From: Octopus sinensis
Lineage: Eukaryota
Length of the DNA: 64,000 bases
Assembly: GCF_006345805.1 (NCBI RefSeq)
Contig: NC_043016.1
Span: 11,470,001-11,534,000, forward strand
Reading direction: 5' to 3'
Shown: piece after piece, positions 26,986-41,008 of the stretch
How the letters are laid out: the number at the start of each line of letters is the position of its first letter
Numbering within the stretch: the stretch's first letter is position 1
Notes under the pieces: model-generated
Seen by the model: only the letters and a program-made list of their open reading frames with translations
Database searches by the model: none
Told to the model about the DNA's origin: nothing
Made by a program: the position numbers and the translations under genes

Positions 26986-28077
26986 CTAGACAGACAGACA
27001 CTCAGTTAGACAGAGACAGAGATAATGGATAGAGAAAGTAGAAAGACAGGCAACAGGAGATGTATATGTAGATAAATGTGTTAATGTCTATAAAATATAT
27101 ACATATGTATGTTTATGTGTATGCTTTGCATATGTGTGTGCGTAACGAATACGAGAGAAAAGAGATCGACTGATCGATTGATTGATTGTGTGATTGACTT
27201 TACATTGAAATTGAAGTTAATTTAGTTGTGACGATAGTAAATTTTTTTTCTTTCTTTTTAAACATATTGCTTACATCATCAGAATCAAAGTTGTCATATG
27301 AACACTATCAATCAGTATTAACTGATATCTACCTCTCTCTCTCTCTCTCTCTCTCGCCCTGCGAGTTCGATATTGATTTTTTTTTATTGCTGTCACTTTT
27401 GTTATTTGTGTGGTGTGTGTGTGTGTGTGTTTCTGTGATATAATATAAATCTGTTTATAATATTTATTATTGAAAAAACTTTCTACGTGTTGTTGTTTCA
27501 GAGTATAATCCAAATTCCAGAAATGCAAATTACTGCATATTTATGAACTTGTATATAGACACACACACATACATACATACACTCTCTCATACATACAAAT
27601 GCATTTAGTTATATACACAATATTGTGTGTGTGTGTGCACGCATGTTGTCATAAGAATTTATATACTGCAGATATGGGTTCGAGTCCTATGGGCAAACCT
27701 TCTACTTTTTTCCATTCAAAGGGGTTTTCAGCCCAATGTTTACATGCTTATTATTTATAGCTCTATCATCTACTTCGAGATCCATTGTTCCAAAATAGAA
27801 TATTAAAAAAAAAAATTTATACACACATATAAATTATATGGAATTCCTTCGATATTGGTACACGACGTCATTCACCCACACAACTTGCTCTCATGACATG
27901 GATAAAGAAGGTGAATGACGTCTTCTCATACCGACGCTCTGGAGACCAATACCGAAAGATCTCGCTTATATGATGTTCTACAATTTATAGGTGTGTGCGT
28001 GTTCGTATACGACTTAATAGTATGTTTATATACCTTGTGTGTAGTGTATGCGTATATATGCGTGCATCTCTGTTGTA

Positions 28078-28425
28078 TGTGTGTGCATATATTTGTGTGT
28101 ATATATACGTGTATTTATGCTTGTTTTCATGTCTATATAATTAGTGTGTGTGTGCATACATTTGTGTGTATATATGTGTATTTATGCTTGTTTTCATGTT
28201 TATATAATTAGTGTGTGTGCATATATTTGTGTGTGTATATACGTGTATTTATGCTTGTTTTCATGTCTATATAATTAGTGTGTGTGTACATATATTTGTG
28301 TGTGTATATACGTGTATTTATGCTTGTTTTCATGTCTATATAATTAGTGTGTGTGTACATATATTTGCGTGTATATATACGTGTATTTGTGCTTGTTTTC
28401 GTGTTTATATAATTAGTGTGTGTGT
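28078..28425. repeat. About 68-bp tandem repeat x5
   Basis: gtgtatttatgcttgttttcatgtctatataattagtgtgtg units. Confidence 0.85.
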
Positions 28426-28912
28426 TAGACGTTGTGCGTGCATGCATCACAATACGTATGTAGTGTGTATGTATGCATATGTATTGTACGTGTGTGTATA
28501 GTTATGCTTGTGTGTACGTGTTTATCTAATTTGTGTAGTATTTGTATATGTGTGTGAGTGAGTGAGAGTACGTGTGTGTACGCGCGTGCGCGGGTATATT
28601 TGTGTTTCATCAGTGAATGCTCGAAAACTATGTCAGCAATCGACTCGAGCCAACGAAACGGGAGGGAGGGTCTCGAATTATTCGGTCGGTTTGCTCTATC
28701 TAGTAAAAAAATAGCAGCTAAAACCCCTTCAAATTACGCCCTTACCTACCTTTGAAAAAAAAAAGTATAAAAGGGAATTTCATTAATAAAGTGACGAGAT
28801 GGTTATGGTTAGAACGGCCTTGATCATACGGCTGACCTGGGGCTAACAGCAATAATCGACTTCTTACTGTGAAGGATTAGTGATGAAATTAATACATACA
28901 TACATACACACA

Positions 28913-29337
28913 TACATATATACACACATACATACACACATACATACACACATACATACATACACACATACATACATACACACATACATACATACACACA
29001 CACATATATACACACACACATACATACATACATACATACATACATACATACATACATACATACATACATACATACATACATACATACATACATACATACA
29101 TACATACATACATACACACATACATACACACACACATACACACACACATACATACATACACACATACATACACACATACATACACACATACATACACACA
29201 TACATACACACATACATACACACATACATACACACATACATACACACATACATACACACATACATACACACATACATACACACATACATACACACATACA
29301 TACACACATACATACATACATACATACATACATACAT
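28913..29337. repeat. (TACA)/(CA) compound microsatellite
   Basis: Read directly. Similar tracts at 1-224, 8305-8340, 8546-8747, 25503-25600, 46696-46900. Confidence 0.95.
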
Positions 29338-31160
29338 AGACATAGAATGTAAGTGTATGTGTGATTTTTTTTTCTACTCTAGGCACAAGGCCCGAAATTG
29401 TGGGGGATGGGACCAGTCGATTAGATCGACCCCAGTATGCAACTGGTACTTGATTTTAACAACTCCAAAAGGATGAAAGGCAAAGTCGACCTCGGCTGAT
29501 GTATGTGTGAATACATGTATATGAAATGTATGAGTGTTTTTATATATTTGTGTTTACGTTTGTATTGTGTGTGTGTGTTTATAATTTTCTGTTAATTACT
29601 AATGGCTAATTATGAAAGTAAATTAGTTTCTATGTTCTGTTCAAATGACATATTTTCGTATAACTATTTAAGAATACAAGAAAAACCCACGTAATAATAT
29701 GTGTCTATTTGTGCTTGAGAGAGAGAGAGAAAAGAGAGAACGACAGAATAATAGAGAAAAGAGAGACAGAATAAGAAGAGAGAGAGAAAGAATTAGATAA
29801 AGAGAGAGAGTAAGCAAGTAAAGATTGTCTATATATTTGCTACAATAATTCTTCACTCCGACTGCAAAATAAAACAGCAACTACATTTAAGAAATACAAC
29901 AAATAAATGCATTGATGATGGTGAAGTCTATAAAGATGGTAAATTAATTGGAGCACCTTATATTCGTTGAAATATTTTGCCTTTGCCTTTTTTCTTTTAT
30001 ATTTTACTATATGAAACAACAAATCTCATTCCACCACTTCACCCTAAAAAAAAACAAACCATTTAATGATAAATAACAAAGGGGAAAACAAGACAATGAT
30101 CCATTGCCGTTACATTTTAAAATATAGAGAGAGAGTATTGTTTAATCGTTGTTGCATATTCTATGAGATTAATGTCTTATGTGCCACTTTCATCTATCTA
30201 ATTCCATTCTGCAAACCATTTTCCACTAATAAAAATCATTCCGTTTATATTTATGCAAAATGTCATAATTTCTTCTTCTGTTACGCATTAATCTCTTCAT
30301 TCATTTCTTTCTTTTTCTACGTTTTTTTTTGCGGGGTTTTTTTTTTTGCCTCGGAAATGTTATTGATATATTTTTTTGTTTGTTATTTTTTTTGTTTTGT
30401 TTTGTTTTTGCTTTATTTTGTCGTTTGTTTATTTACTTTTTATGTGGACTTTCTATTCTTTCCAAAACAGTTGTGTGGTGAAATGCGTGTGCGTAAACAT
30501 ACATTTTTTTTGTGTGAGTATATATCTATATAAATCTCACACATATGTATGTATAATCTATAGATAATGTATGTGTATGTATATTATAAATGCATGTATT
30601 TCAGGTCAAACCAACATGTGCAACCTTTAATCGAGACATTTTTTTCTCTCTCCGTTGCTCCCTCCCACCCTCTCTGTTTTCTGTGATTATTAGAAGAGCG
30701 TAGGCTCGAAACGTCGAAAACTTCCATTTATCTTGAGCGTCAAACTAATACATCATTTTTGTTGCTCCCTCACATGTCTCTCTTGTTTTTTGTACAATTT
30801 TGCACCATATATATATATATATATATTTGTGTGTGCGCGCCTGCGTATGTGCTTATGTATATGTATGCATGAATGTACATATGTTTGTATGTGTGTATAA
30901 TGTAACGTAATGTGGAGGATATAAATATTTTTGTTTAAATTGAAACTGAATTTGTCTCGCGACTCGAGTTTCACAGCAGTGCATTTGATTATATATTTAT
31001 ATATATATATGCATTTATATATGTTTATATGTAAGTCTATATATGCATGCATTTATAAGTCTTACATATATACATGCATTTATGTATGTATATATTGTAA
31101 GTCGTCTAAGAGTTCATAAGTTGGAAAAAAATACGGTCATATATTTGTCAGTAGAGTGGA

Positions 31161-31412
31161 TATATTAAAGTTTACAGTATTATATACACATTACAGCCAA
31201 TCTTACCAATTGGTTTCACACCAAAGGGTTTAATGGAGTGTTATAGAATGAAGTATGGCAACTATCATACTTCATTCCATAACGCCTACCTCTGAAGAGT
31301 GCAGGATTACATAAGTGGACTGTTACTGAACACTCCATTGCTCCCCTGATGCGAAACTAATTGGTAAGATCAGCCATAATGGATATATAATATTGTACAC
31401 TTCAATTAATAT
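31161..31412 (+). mobile_element. Foldback element carrying HHR (Penelope-like inverted pLTR remnant)
   Basis: Left arm (31161-~31260) is a diverged, internally deleted reverse complement of the right arm. Central hairpin gtgttatagaatgaagtatg/catacttcattccataacgc. Confidence 0.55.
31288..31370 (+). ncRNA. Type I hammerhead ribozyme, partly decayed
   Basis: acct-CTGAAGA-gtgcagg...cctgatgc-GAAAC-taattg-GTA-agat. The inverted copy near 31201-31228 preserves the palindrome ACCAATTGGT. Confidence 0.65.
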
Positions 31413-32231
31413 ATATATATACATACACACAATGTATATATGTACATGTACATCTTCCTATATGTATATGTATGTGTATATATACATATCAAAGTCACAC
31501 ATATGATACAGACTAAACTAGATATTATCAGTAAATAAAAAAAAAATATTCCCTCTGATTTTTGAAAATCTATAAACATTATCCAAGCAAGATAACTCGA
31601 TCAACATCAGGTTCTTTGTTTTTGGTTTTTGGTTTTTTTTTTCCTTTTTGTAAGGATGTGGGGTGGAATAAAAACTACAATTTGGAGTGCATTTATTTCA
31701 TCAAAAAGAAAAAAAAACATAAACCAAGCACATTTCCATCTTCCAAGATTTCATCAGTAAAGCATATTCATTACCTCAGCTGGCAACACAAAGAAGTGAT
31801 GAAATATATTTTTGTATGTGTTCTTCAAATTTTTTTGCTCACTTATATAAAACACCACACACACACACACGCGCGCGCAAAGATGTATGTGTCCTTTTTT
31901 TTTTATTATAATCGTCAATTCTTTTGCTCATTTAAGCAGTAGAGTGAATTAATGAAGACATTGCTGGCGTTGATGGGGCTCCTAGTTAGTTTGGCACAAG
32001 CTGTTCTTATCCAGGTACTATAGGCACAAGGCCTGAAATTTGGGGGAGAAGGAAGTGTTGATTACATCAACCTCAGTGCATAACTGGTACTTATTTCACC
32101 GACACCCCACCCCCTCAGGATGAAAGGCAAATTCTACCTTGGTAGAATTTGAACTCAGAACATAAAGACAGACAAAATGTCGGTAAGCATTTTGCCTGGC
32201 ATGCTAACAATTCTGCCAACTCACTGTCTTA

Positions 32232-32812
32232 ATAATAATAATAATTATTATTATTATTATTATTATTATTATTGAGTGAGAGAGAGCAGTGCATGCCATC
32301 AAAGTGACACTGGGGTAAAATATACGAAGCCCAGTATACCCATCATGACTACCCGTTTGATAAGGGTACACTAGGCATGCATCACAACCATGTGTGCACA
32401 ATATGGTGATCTCATATCAAGATAAACAGCACATGACCTTGCAGGTGAGGCCCAGTTAGAATTTTCTTCTGGTCGAGTAACCCATCCCACTCAAAAGGTC
32501 CCTGAATAAGGGTTGTTTAAGGATGTTGAACAAAACACCCATGTTTCCAGAGGTGAATTATCCAAACTCCAAAGAATCCCTCTCAACACATGGCTATGGT
32601 GCTCCCCCACCACTTCTGCTTGTGATCAGAGATGCACATATCATCAGCCACTAAGGGACATGCTCAACTGGATATGGTCAAACAAATGACAAGCAAATCT
32701 GTGGTATTGAGTAGAATATTTGCTGTAGCCCATCTTTTATACCAAGACAAAACAATGTACATGATAACGCTTCCAATCAGTTAAGATCAGAAGCCATGAG
32801 AGCCACTGCCTG
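32232..32812 (-). mobile_element. Probable LINE 3' UTR fragment with (AAT)n tail
   Basis: GC-richer 540-bp island ending, on the minus strand, in ...ctctctcactc(AAT)n; no ORF recognised. Confidence 0.45.
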
Positions 32813-33513
32813 AAGTAACATGTATTCTTTTGTCTACAAATCGTGTTGTTTAGCTCCAGGTCAATCCTGACTGAGACCTATGGTCAAGGGACATTCCATG
32901 ACGTATTTCTTACTGTGCAGTTCAGTATATTTTTCCCCTCTTCCAGTTAGTATTATTATTATTATTATTAACAGGCATGACTCTATGCCAAAAAGTTTAC
33001 TTCCCAACCATATAGTCATGGTTTGGTCATGCCGTTGTCAGGTCCATGTCGTAGAATTGTTATGCCTGTTGTTGTTAGTCCTGCATTTTATTGTTGTTAT
33101 GTTACTGTAACAATGCTAGGTTTGTGTTGCAGAATTGTTGTGCCTGTTTATGGTCTTGTTAGGTCTGTATCTATGTGGTTGTGTAATTATACATGTTGTG
33201 TTGTCAGGGCTGCCATTCTATTGCTAGTTCTATGTTACTCTTTTACTTGTTTCAGTCATTTGACTGCGGCCATGCTGGAAGCACCGCCTTTTTAGTCGAG
33301 CAAATTGACCCCCAGGACATATTTTTTGTAAGCCTAGTACTTATTCTATCGGTCTCTTTAGCCAAACCGCTATGTTGTGGTGACATAAACACACGACTAT
33401 CAGTTGCCAAGCGATGTTGGGGGGACAAACATAGACTCACAAACATACATACACACACATATATATACGTACAAATATGTATGTATATATGCATGTTTTA
33501 TTTATTAATTTGT

Positions 33514-33581
<68 letters not shown>

Positions 33582-35449
33582 ATGACGGGCTTTTTTCAAC
33601 TTCCGTCTACCAAATCCACTCACAAGGCTTTGGTTGGCCCGAGGCTATAGTAGAAGATACTTGCCCAAGGTGCCACGTAGTGGAATTGAACCCGGAACCA
33701 TGTGGTTGGTAAGCAAGCTTCTTACCACACAGCCACTCCTGTGCCTATAAAAATGTAAACACAGGCAAAATACTGCTGAGATTTTCGTTTGGCACACTAA
33801 CGTCTCAGCCAGTTCACCGTTGTTAGGTTTATGTTGTTTACTTGACTTTCCTCCACCCCAATCCAGTTTTGTTCATTAAGGAAAGAAGTCTTTCAATAGA
33901 AATGGTGTGTTGTTGTGTGTTCTTGGAGTAGCATTTAACTGATTCCTGATTAAAACCAAGTAACATGTATTCTTTTGTCTACAAATCATGTTGTTTAGTC
34001 CCAGGTCAGTCTTGACTGAGACCTATGGTCAAGGGACAATCCACGACTTATTTCTTACTGTGCAGTTCAGTATATTTTTCCCCTCTTCCAGTCAGCAGTG
34101 TGTGAACTGAAGGATATTTGGCTGCTATTTCTAGCAGGCTCAAGCTACTTTCAGGTTCATGTCAATAAACCTATAAACTAATCAGATATGGAAGAAATCA
34201 TTATTGATGAAATTGCAAGCTATTGACGTTTAGTAGCGGATATAATGTTGGATTTAAGTAATACAGAAATGAAGTAGATGGTTGCACCATCAACGTAGTA
34301 GTACATGAATGATTGACAGATTATTGATGAAGAGTTGCTGATTTTTGTCATAGAATCAATAAGACTGTATATGGACTGAGAACGGTCATCATCATCATCA
34401 TTATCATCATTATCATTTAATGTCCATTTTCCATACTAGCATCATTTGAATGGTTTGACTGGAGCTGTAGGGCTGGAGGGTTATGTCCAAGCTCTGCTGT
34501 CTGTTTTGGCATGGTTTTTACAGTTGGATGACCTTCCCAATGCCAAATGGGTTAGTTTTCTGAAGGTTTGTTCAAAGCATAAATCCTTTAAGGTATAACT
34601 TACACCATGGGGTTTGGATGTTGGTTCTGCTGTGTGTCAAATACTAAATTACAGATAGATTGTAAAGACTGTGAAGTAAGCCAAAGTGTCCATCAACACT
34701 TGAGGTAAAATGGTTAAATAACTGAACTATTGGACAACCAATTCCTGGTTTACTGATGGTTTATTGTATATTCCTCATTCTACCTACATTGCATGAAATG
34801 TTCCTCGCTGGGAAAGTTACCAAAGCTTCTAGAAAAGTTACCTGCTATTAACTGATATTTTCTTATACAGGAAGAACTTTCGTACCCCTCTCCCTCTCTC
34901 TCTCTTATTTTCTGCTGAAACATTATAAAAGCTTGCTTACCAACCACATGGTTCCGGGTTCAATCCCACTGCATGACACCTTGGGCAAGTGTGTCTTCTA
35001 CTGTAGCCTCATCCAACCAAAACCTTGTGAGTGGATTTGGCAGACGGAAACTGAAAGAAGCCTGCCATGTGTGTGTGTGCACGTGTATGTATATGTTTGT
35101 GTGTGTGCACGCATATGTATGTGTGTGTGTTCATGTCTGTGTTTGTCCTGTCACTGCTTGACAACCGGTGATGGTGATACTTCCCCGTAACTTAGTGGTT
35201 CAGCAAAACGGACTGATTAGAAGAAGTACTGAGCTTAAATAAATAATAAGTCCCGGAGTCAATTTATTTGACTAACACCCTTTAAGGCGGTACTCCAGCA
35301 TGGCCACAGTCAAATGACTGGAACGAGTAAAAGAGTAAGTATTAGCCCTATGGATCCTCTGGAGTTAACGAATGCACAAAATATTTAATGAACTTGATTG
35401 GTTTGATTCAACACACTATACACCCCTGCCCATTCACCACACCCCTTTA

Positions 35450-35497
<48 letters not shown>

Positions 35498-36823
35498 CTT
35501 CACTCCTCACTTACTCTGTCCCCTTCTCCACTTGCTATGTCTATTTGTTACACACTCTCTGCATCACCTTCTCCAAACCCCCCCCCCCCCCGCATGGCAT
35601 TTTTCATTAGACCCCTAACTCTTCCCTCTCCCTAATTCCCTTTATAACACTCTCTTCACCACATCCACTTCACTCCTTTTCTGCAAAAACAAAACCCCTT
35701 CACCAAAATAGGCTTTATCACAGTCCTTTCATCCCCCACTTCTACCACTCATCCCAGCCGCTTTGCCACACATCCACTTTATCCCCTCCCTTTCCCACAG
35801 CCCCTTCCCTACATTTCCTTACCAGAATCACCCCCTCTCTCCTCTGTTACCATAGTCCTTTCATTACACAATCATTTCACCATAATTCCTTCATTGGGAG
35901 CCAATGAGGGGACCTTCTGCATAGTAATAATGACCCACTAGAAATAGCAGCCACGGTCTCCCTCAAATCATGTCCTATTATCTTAAGGAAAGAGTAACCT
36001 TAGATAATGTGATCCCAGGTTCCTTGTCAAAGAAGATTAAGACAAGGGTGGTCATGACTGGAAAGCCTTTGATCCTAGGTTTGTTTGGTCAAGTGTGACT
36101 AGGATTTAAGCAACAAAATCCACAAAAACTCTTGTGATTACACCCTTTCACCATGGTTCTTTGATTGCAATGCCGTTCCTATGAAATTTGGGCCCGTGAC
36201 CTCACTAAATACCCAGTATTGAGTGCAACAAATTTTGTCTTATACTTCTTAACCCTTTCATTGCTGTATTTTTATTGAATTACCTTTGTTTCAGTTAATT
36301 TTGATGATAATAAAAAGTTTAGTAAAATAACTTTGTTGTTATTAAACTGGTGTTTGAGTAACATAATATAAAATTTTGATGTAAAGTTTTAATTTAAATT
36401 AGTTTAAACCTATGCTACCATATTTCTCTTGAAATCCACTACCCTTGTTTCATTTAATTTTGAAGATAATGAAGAATTGTGCAGGAGTGGCTGTGTGATA
36501 AGAAGCTTGCTTCTTAGCATTTAAACCAGCCATATATTTAAACCCTTTAGCATTTAAACTGACCATATCCACCCCAAATATTCTACCTGTTTTATGTTCA
36601 AATTGACCAGATCCGGCCTCTTACATTTAGCCTACAATGTTAGTCTAAAAATGAACAACACTTCAGTGAAATATCAAAGCAACGAGATTATGAATGGCTC
36701 TGTGGTAAGAAGCTTGTTTTCCAGTCACAGCATTCTAGTTTCAGTCTTCTACTATAGCCTCAGGCTAAACAAAGCCTTGTAAGTGGATCTGGTTGACGGA
36801 AACTGAAAGAACCCCATCGTGTA

Positions 36824-37030
36824 CAGTAATCCCTCACCATATCATGATTCACCTATCGCAATTATTATTTATTATTTACGTGGATTCCTCCATGGTGTTG
36901 TTTTGCGTTTATAATAGAATAAATATATACGGATTATAAAAATAATTTTAAAAATATACAATACAGTACTGTTTCTACCTCATGGATTTTCACCTACCAC
37001 AGAGGATTTTGAATAGTCAAGGGATTACTG
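36824..37030. mobile_element. pogo/Tigger-like MITE inserted in a SINE
   Basis: TA|cagtaatccct...agggattactg|TA. Confidence 0.75.
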
Positions 37031-37584
37031 TATCTGTGTCTGTCTGTTTCCCCCCACCATCACTTGGCAACCAATGTTGGTATGCTTATATCCCCGTAAC
37101 TCAGTGGTTCAACAAAAAGAGACCAACAAAATAAGTACCAAGCTCATAAAGAATAAGTCCTGGGGTCGATTTGTTTGATTGAAGGTGGAGCTCCAGTATG
37201 GCCGCAGTCAAATAATTGAAACGCGTCAAAGAGTAAATAAGCATTGCATTTGACAGAGTAATCTGAATGCTAAAAGGATTAAAGCAGAAAATCCGTATCA
37301 TAGAACCAAGGACAGTGTCAGGCAGGTTGACAGCAAAAGGGTTAGACATTGAGGATTTTAGGATAACAGTCATTATTGTTTCATATGGTGTCTTTCACAG
37401 CTGCATCTTTACTTTATGGATCATCACATCGTGGCTATTTTTATGATGATTCAATAATCTTGAAAGGCAAGTTCTGTTATTATTCAGTTATGCTGCATCA
37501 ATAGAAAGAATTATGATTTGGTAGCATCAGCTTAGACTGTTTGGTCATGTTTCTTGATTTTTTCAAGTTGGATCCTGCTTACCA

Positions 37585-38120
37585 AAAGTGGTTGGCATTT
37601 GGAAAGGCATTCCGCTGTAAAAATCATGCCAAAACTGACCTTGCTTGTGCTGGTGACACATAAAAAGCACTCAGTCCACTCTGTAAAGTGGTTGGTGTTA
37701 GGAAGGGCATCCTGCTGTAAAAACCATGCCAAAACTGACCTTGCTTGTGCTGGTGACACATAAAAAGCACTCAGTCCACTCTGTAAAGTGGTTGGTGTTA
37801 GGAAGGGCATCCTGCTGTAAAAATCATGCCAAAACTGACCTTGCTTGTGCTGGTGACACATAAAAAGCACTCAGTCCACTCTGTAAAGTGGTTGGTGTTA
37901 GGAAGGGCATCCTGCTGTAAAAATCATGCCAAAACTGACCTTGATTGTGCTGGTGACATAAAAAAGCACTCAATCCACTCTGCAGAATGGTTGGTGTTAG
38001 GAAGGACATCCAGCTGTAAAAACCAGTCCAAAACAGACACAGAAGTCTAGTCAGCTCCTGTCAAACTGCCCAACCCATGCCAGCAAGAAAAGCAGATGTG
38101 AAATGATGATGATGATGATA
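37585..38120 (+). repeat. 100-bp tandem repeat (about 4 copies) from the RTE-type tail
   Basis: ctgtaaagtggttggtgttaggaagggcatcc recurs at 37681, 37781 and 37881; ends in (GAT)n. Confidence 0.9.
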
Positions 38121-38795
38121 TATATATGTATGTGTCTTGCATTTGTGCTTGTCTCTTCCTCCCACCACTTTGTTTTTTTTTTATTTCATATTTTGCAATT
38201 TCCTGTTTCTCTCTCGTTCTCTCTCTCTCTCTAATTCTTTGTTTCTTATATGTATGTATACATGTTCGTGTTTGTCCCCACCACTGCTTGACAGCCAGTG
38301 TTGCTTTGTTTACATCCTCATGGCTCACTGATTCAGCAAAAAGTGACCAAAAGTGTATGTACTAAGCACAAATAAATAAATATTGGTGGGTGGGGGTTGA
38401 TTTGTTTGACTAAAACCCTTCGGATATTGCCCCAGCATGGCCACAGTCCAATGACTGAAACAACAGCGAGGTAAGCCATAAAAGAAAGACCACCCACACG
38501 CATACACATTCACACCCCACACTCTTTATCTTTTCAACTCTCTTTTTTTTCCAACTGGGGTGTCCGTGTGTCTACTCCACAGCAAGACACTTATACGTAT
38601 GTGCCCCATCTATACCTTGAATCTCTCAACAGGCACAAAGTCACAAGACCTCAACACTACTCCCCGACCTCCTTGTTGAGGGGTTTTGTCTTGCAAGGTA
38701 CTTGGTGATTCTGTCAGTGCTGGTGCCACATAAAAAGCCCTGGTGGTGTTGGTGCCACATAAAAAAGCACTGGTGTTGGTGTCACAAAAAAGCAC

Positions 38796-39846
38796 TGGTG
38801 CCACATAAAAAGCAATGGTACTGGTACCACATAAAAAGCAATGGTACTGGTGCCACATAAAAAGCAATGGTACTGGTGCCACATAAAAAGCAATGGTACT
38901 GGTACCACATAAAAAGCAATGGTACTGGTGCCACATAAAAAGCAATGGTACTGGTACCACATAAAAAGCAATGGTACTGGTGCCACATAAAAAGCAATGG
39001 TACTGGTACCACATAAAAAGCAATGGTACTGGTACCACATAAAAAGCAATGGTACTGGTGCCACATAAAAAGCAATGGTACTGGTGCCACATAAAAAGCA
39101 ATGGTACTGGTGCCACATAAAAAGCAATGGTACTGGTACCACATAAAAAGCAATGGTACTGGTGCCACATAAAAAGCAATGGTACTGGTACCACATAAAA
39201 AGCAATGGTACTGGTGCCACATAAAAAGCAATGGTACTGGTGCCACATAAAAAGCAATGGTACTGGTGCCACATAAAAAGCAATGGTACTGGTACCACAT
39301 AAAAAGCAATGGTACTGGTGCCACATAAAAAGCAATGGTACTGGTACCACATAAAAAGCAATGGTACTGGTGCCACATAAAAAGCAATGGTACTGGTACC
39401 ACATAAAAAGCAATGGTACTGGTGCCACATAAAAAGCAATGGTACTGGTGCCACATAAAAGCAATGGTACTGGTGCCACATAAAAAGCAATGGTACTGGT
39501 GCCACATAAAAAGCAATGGTACTGGTACCACATAAAAAGCAATGGTACTGGTACCACATAAAAAGCAATGGTACTGGTGCCATAAAAAGCAATGGTACTG
39601 GTGCCACATAAAAAGCAATGGTACTGGTACCACATAAAAAGCAATGGTACTGGTGCCACATAAAACAATGGTACTGGTGCCACATAAAAAGCAATGGTAC
39701 TGGTGCCACATAAAAAGCAATGGTACTGGTGCCACATAAAAAGCAATGGTACTGGTACCACATAAAAAGCAATGGTACTGGTACCACATAAAAAGCAATG
39801 GTACTGGTGCCACATAAAAAGCAATGGTACTGGTACCACATAAAAA
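38796..39846. repeat. 26-bp minisatellite, about 40 copies
   Basis: Unit tggt(g/a)ccacataaaaagcaatggtac. Degenerate units flank it and lead into an RTE-type tail at 40050-40228. Confidence 0.95.
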
Positions 39847-41008
39847 GTACTGGTATTGGTGCCATGTATAAAAAGAAATGCACTGGTGCTGGTTCCACAT
39901 TAAAAACTGCTGGTGCCATGTAAAAACACTGGTGGCGTTGGTTCTGCATTAAAAAAAAACACTGGTTCTAGTGCCATGTGAAAAGCACTAGTGCTGGTGT
40001 CACGTTAAAAGTACTGATATTGGTGCTGCTGGTGCCATGGAAAAAGCACCCAGTCCACTCTTTAAAGTGGTTGGTGTTAGGAAGGGCATCCAGCCATAGA
40101 AACCATTCCGGAACAAACAATGGAACTCGATGCAACTCCTGGCCTTGCCAGTTCCTAACAAACTGTCCAACCCATGCCAGCATGGAAAACAGACGTTACA
40201 TCATGTTAATGATGATGATGATGATGATATACATACTCACATACAAACACTGTTTTTATAATACTGCTTGTTTTATTTATTTTTTTTCTTTTGTTATTGG
40301 ATTAATGTAGAATATCAAACAAAATTAATGGAAAACAAGCGATATGGCATATTCTGTATATATTTGCTGTCGTCTCTCCATTATCAACACCAGAGGAGAT
40401 CATTTATCGCATTTTCAAATTTGTAATTGATTGCTCTTGTTTTAAATAAATAATATGGAAAACAGGAAAAATTATAAACCCTGTTAAAATATTTATATGC
40501 CAAAAGATATGCGTATTGCATGGTTTAATAATTCTAAATGTCAAACTTCCCTTTTGAAATATGTGTGTACGCATGTGTTTGTGTATGCGTGTGTGTATGC
40601 GTGTGTTTAAAAATATCGAATTTATTTTGCTAAATATTATTTCAAAGATAAGTTGTTTTATGTAAAAATACACGTGTGTGTGTGTATATATATATATATA
40701 TTGTTACATGTACATATTTGTGTGTGTGTATATGTATAAATTAGGCAATCCTTTGATTCCTTGGCAATGTATGGGTACATATGATTAACATATATTTTAC
40801 ACTCACACACACATATTTATATATACATTGATATACACACTTGCACACACACATATATATGTATATTAGATATGTGTGCATGTAGATAGATAGATAGACA
40901 GACAGATATGTTTTAATTAAATACTGTTTCAGTTGCATACACTGAATTTTTATTCAGCCCTAGGGGCTTTCCGCAATACCAGTGAATATATTTTTCAGTT
41001 TCATATAT

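Noticed and set aside
28824-29476. Long MYVC/HTYI-repeat ORFs (also near 8300-8790 and 46600-46950)
   Set aside because: Translations of microsatellites.
38796-39846. CRISPR-like array
   Set aside because: Units are head-to-tail with no unique spacers, there are no cas genes, and the context is eukaryotic.
38610-39949. Three overlapping 370-410 aa minus-strand ORFs
   Set aside because: Artefact of a stop-free 26-bp tandem repeat (three units give a 26-aa period in every frame).
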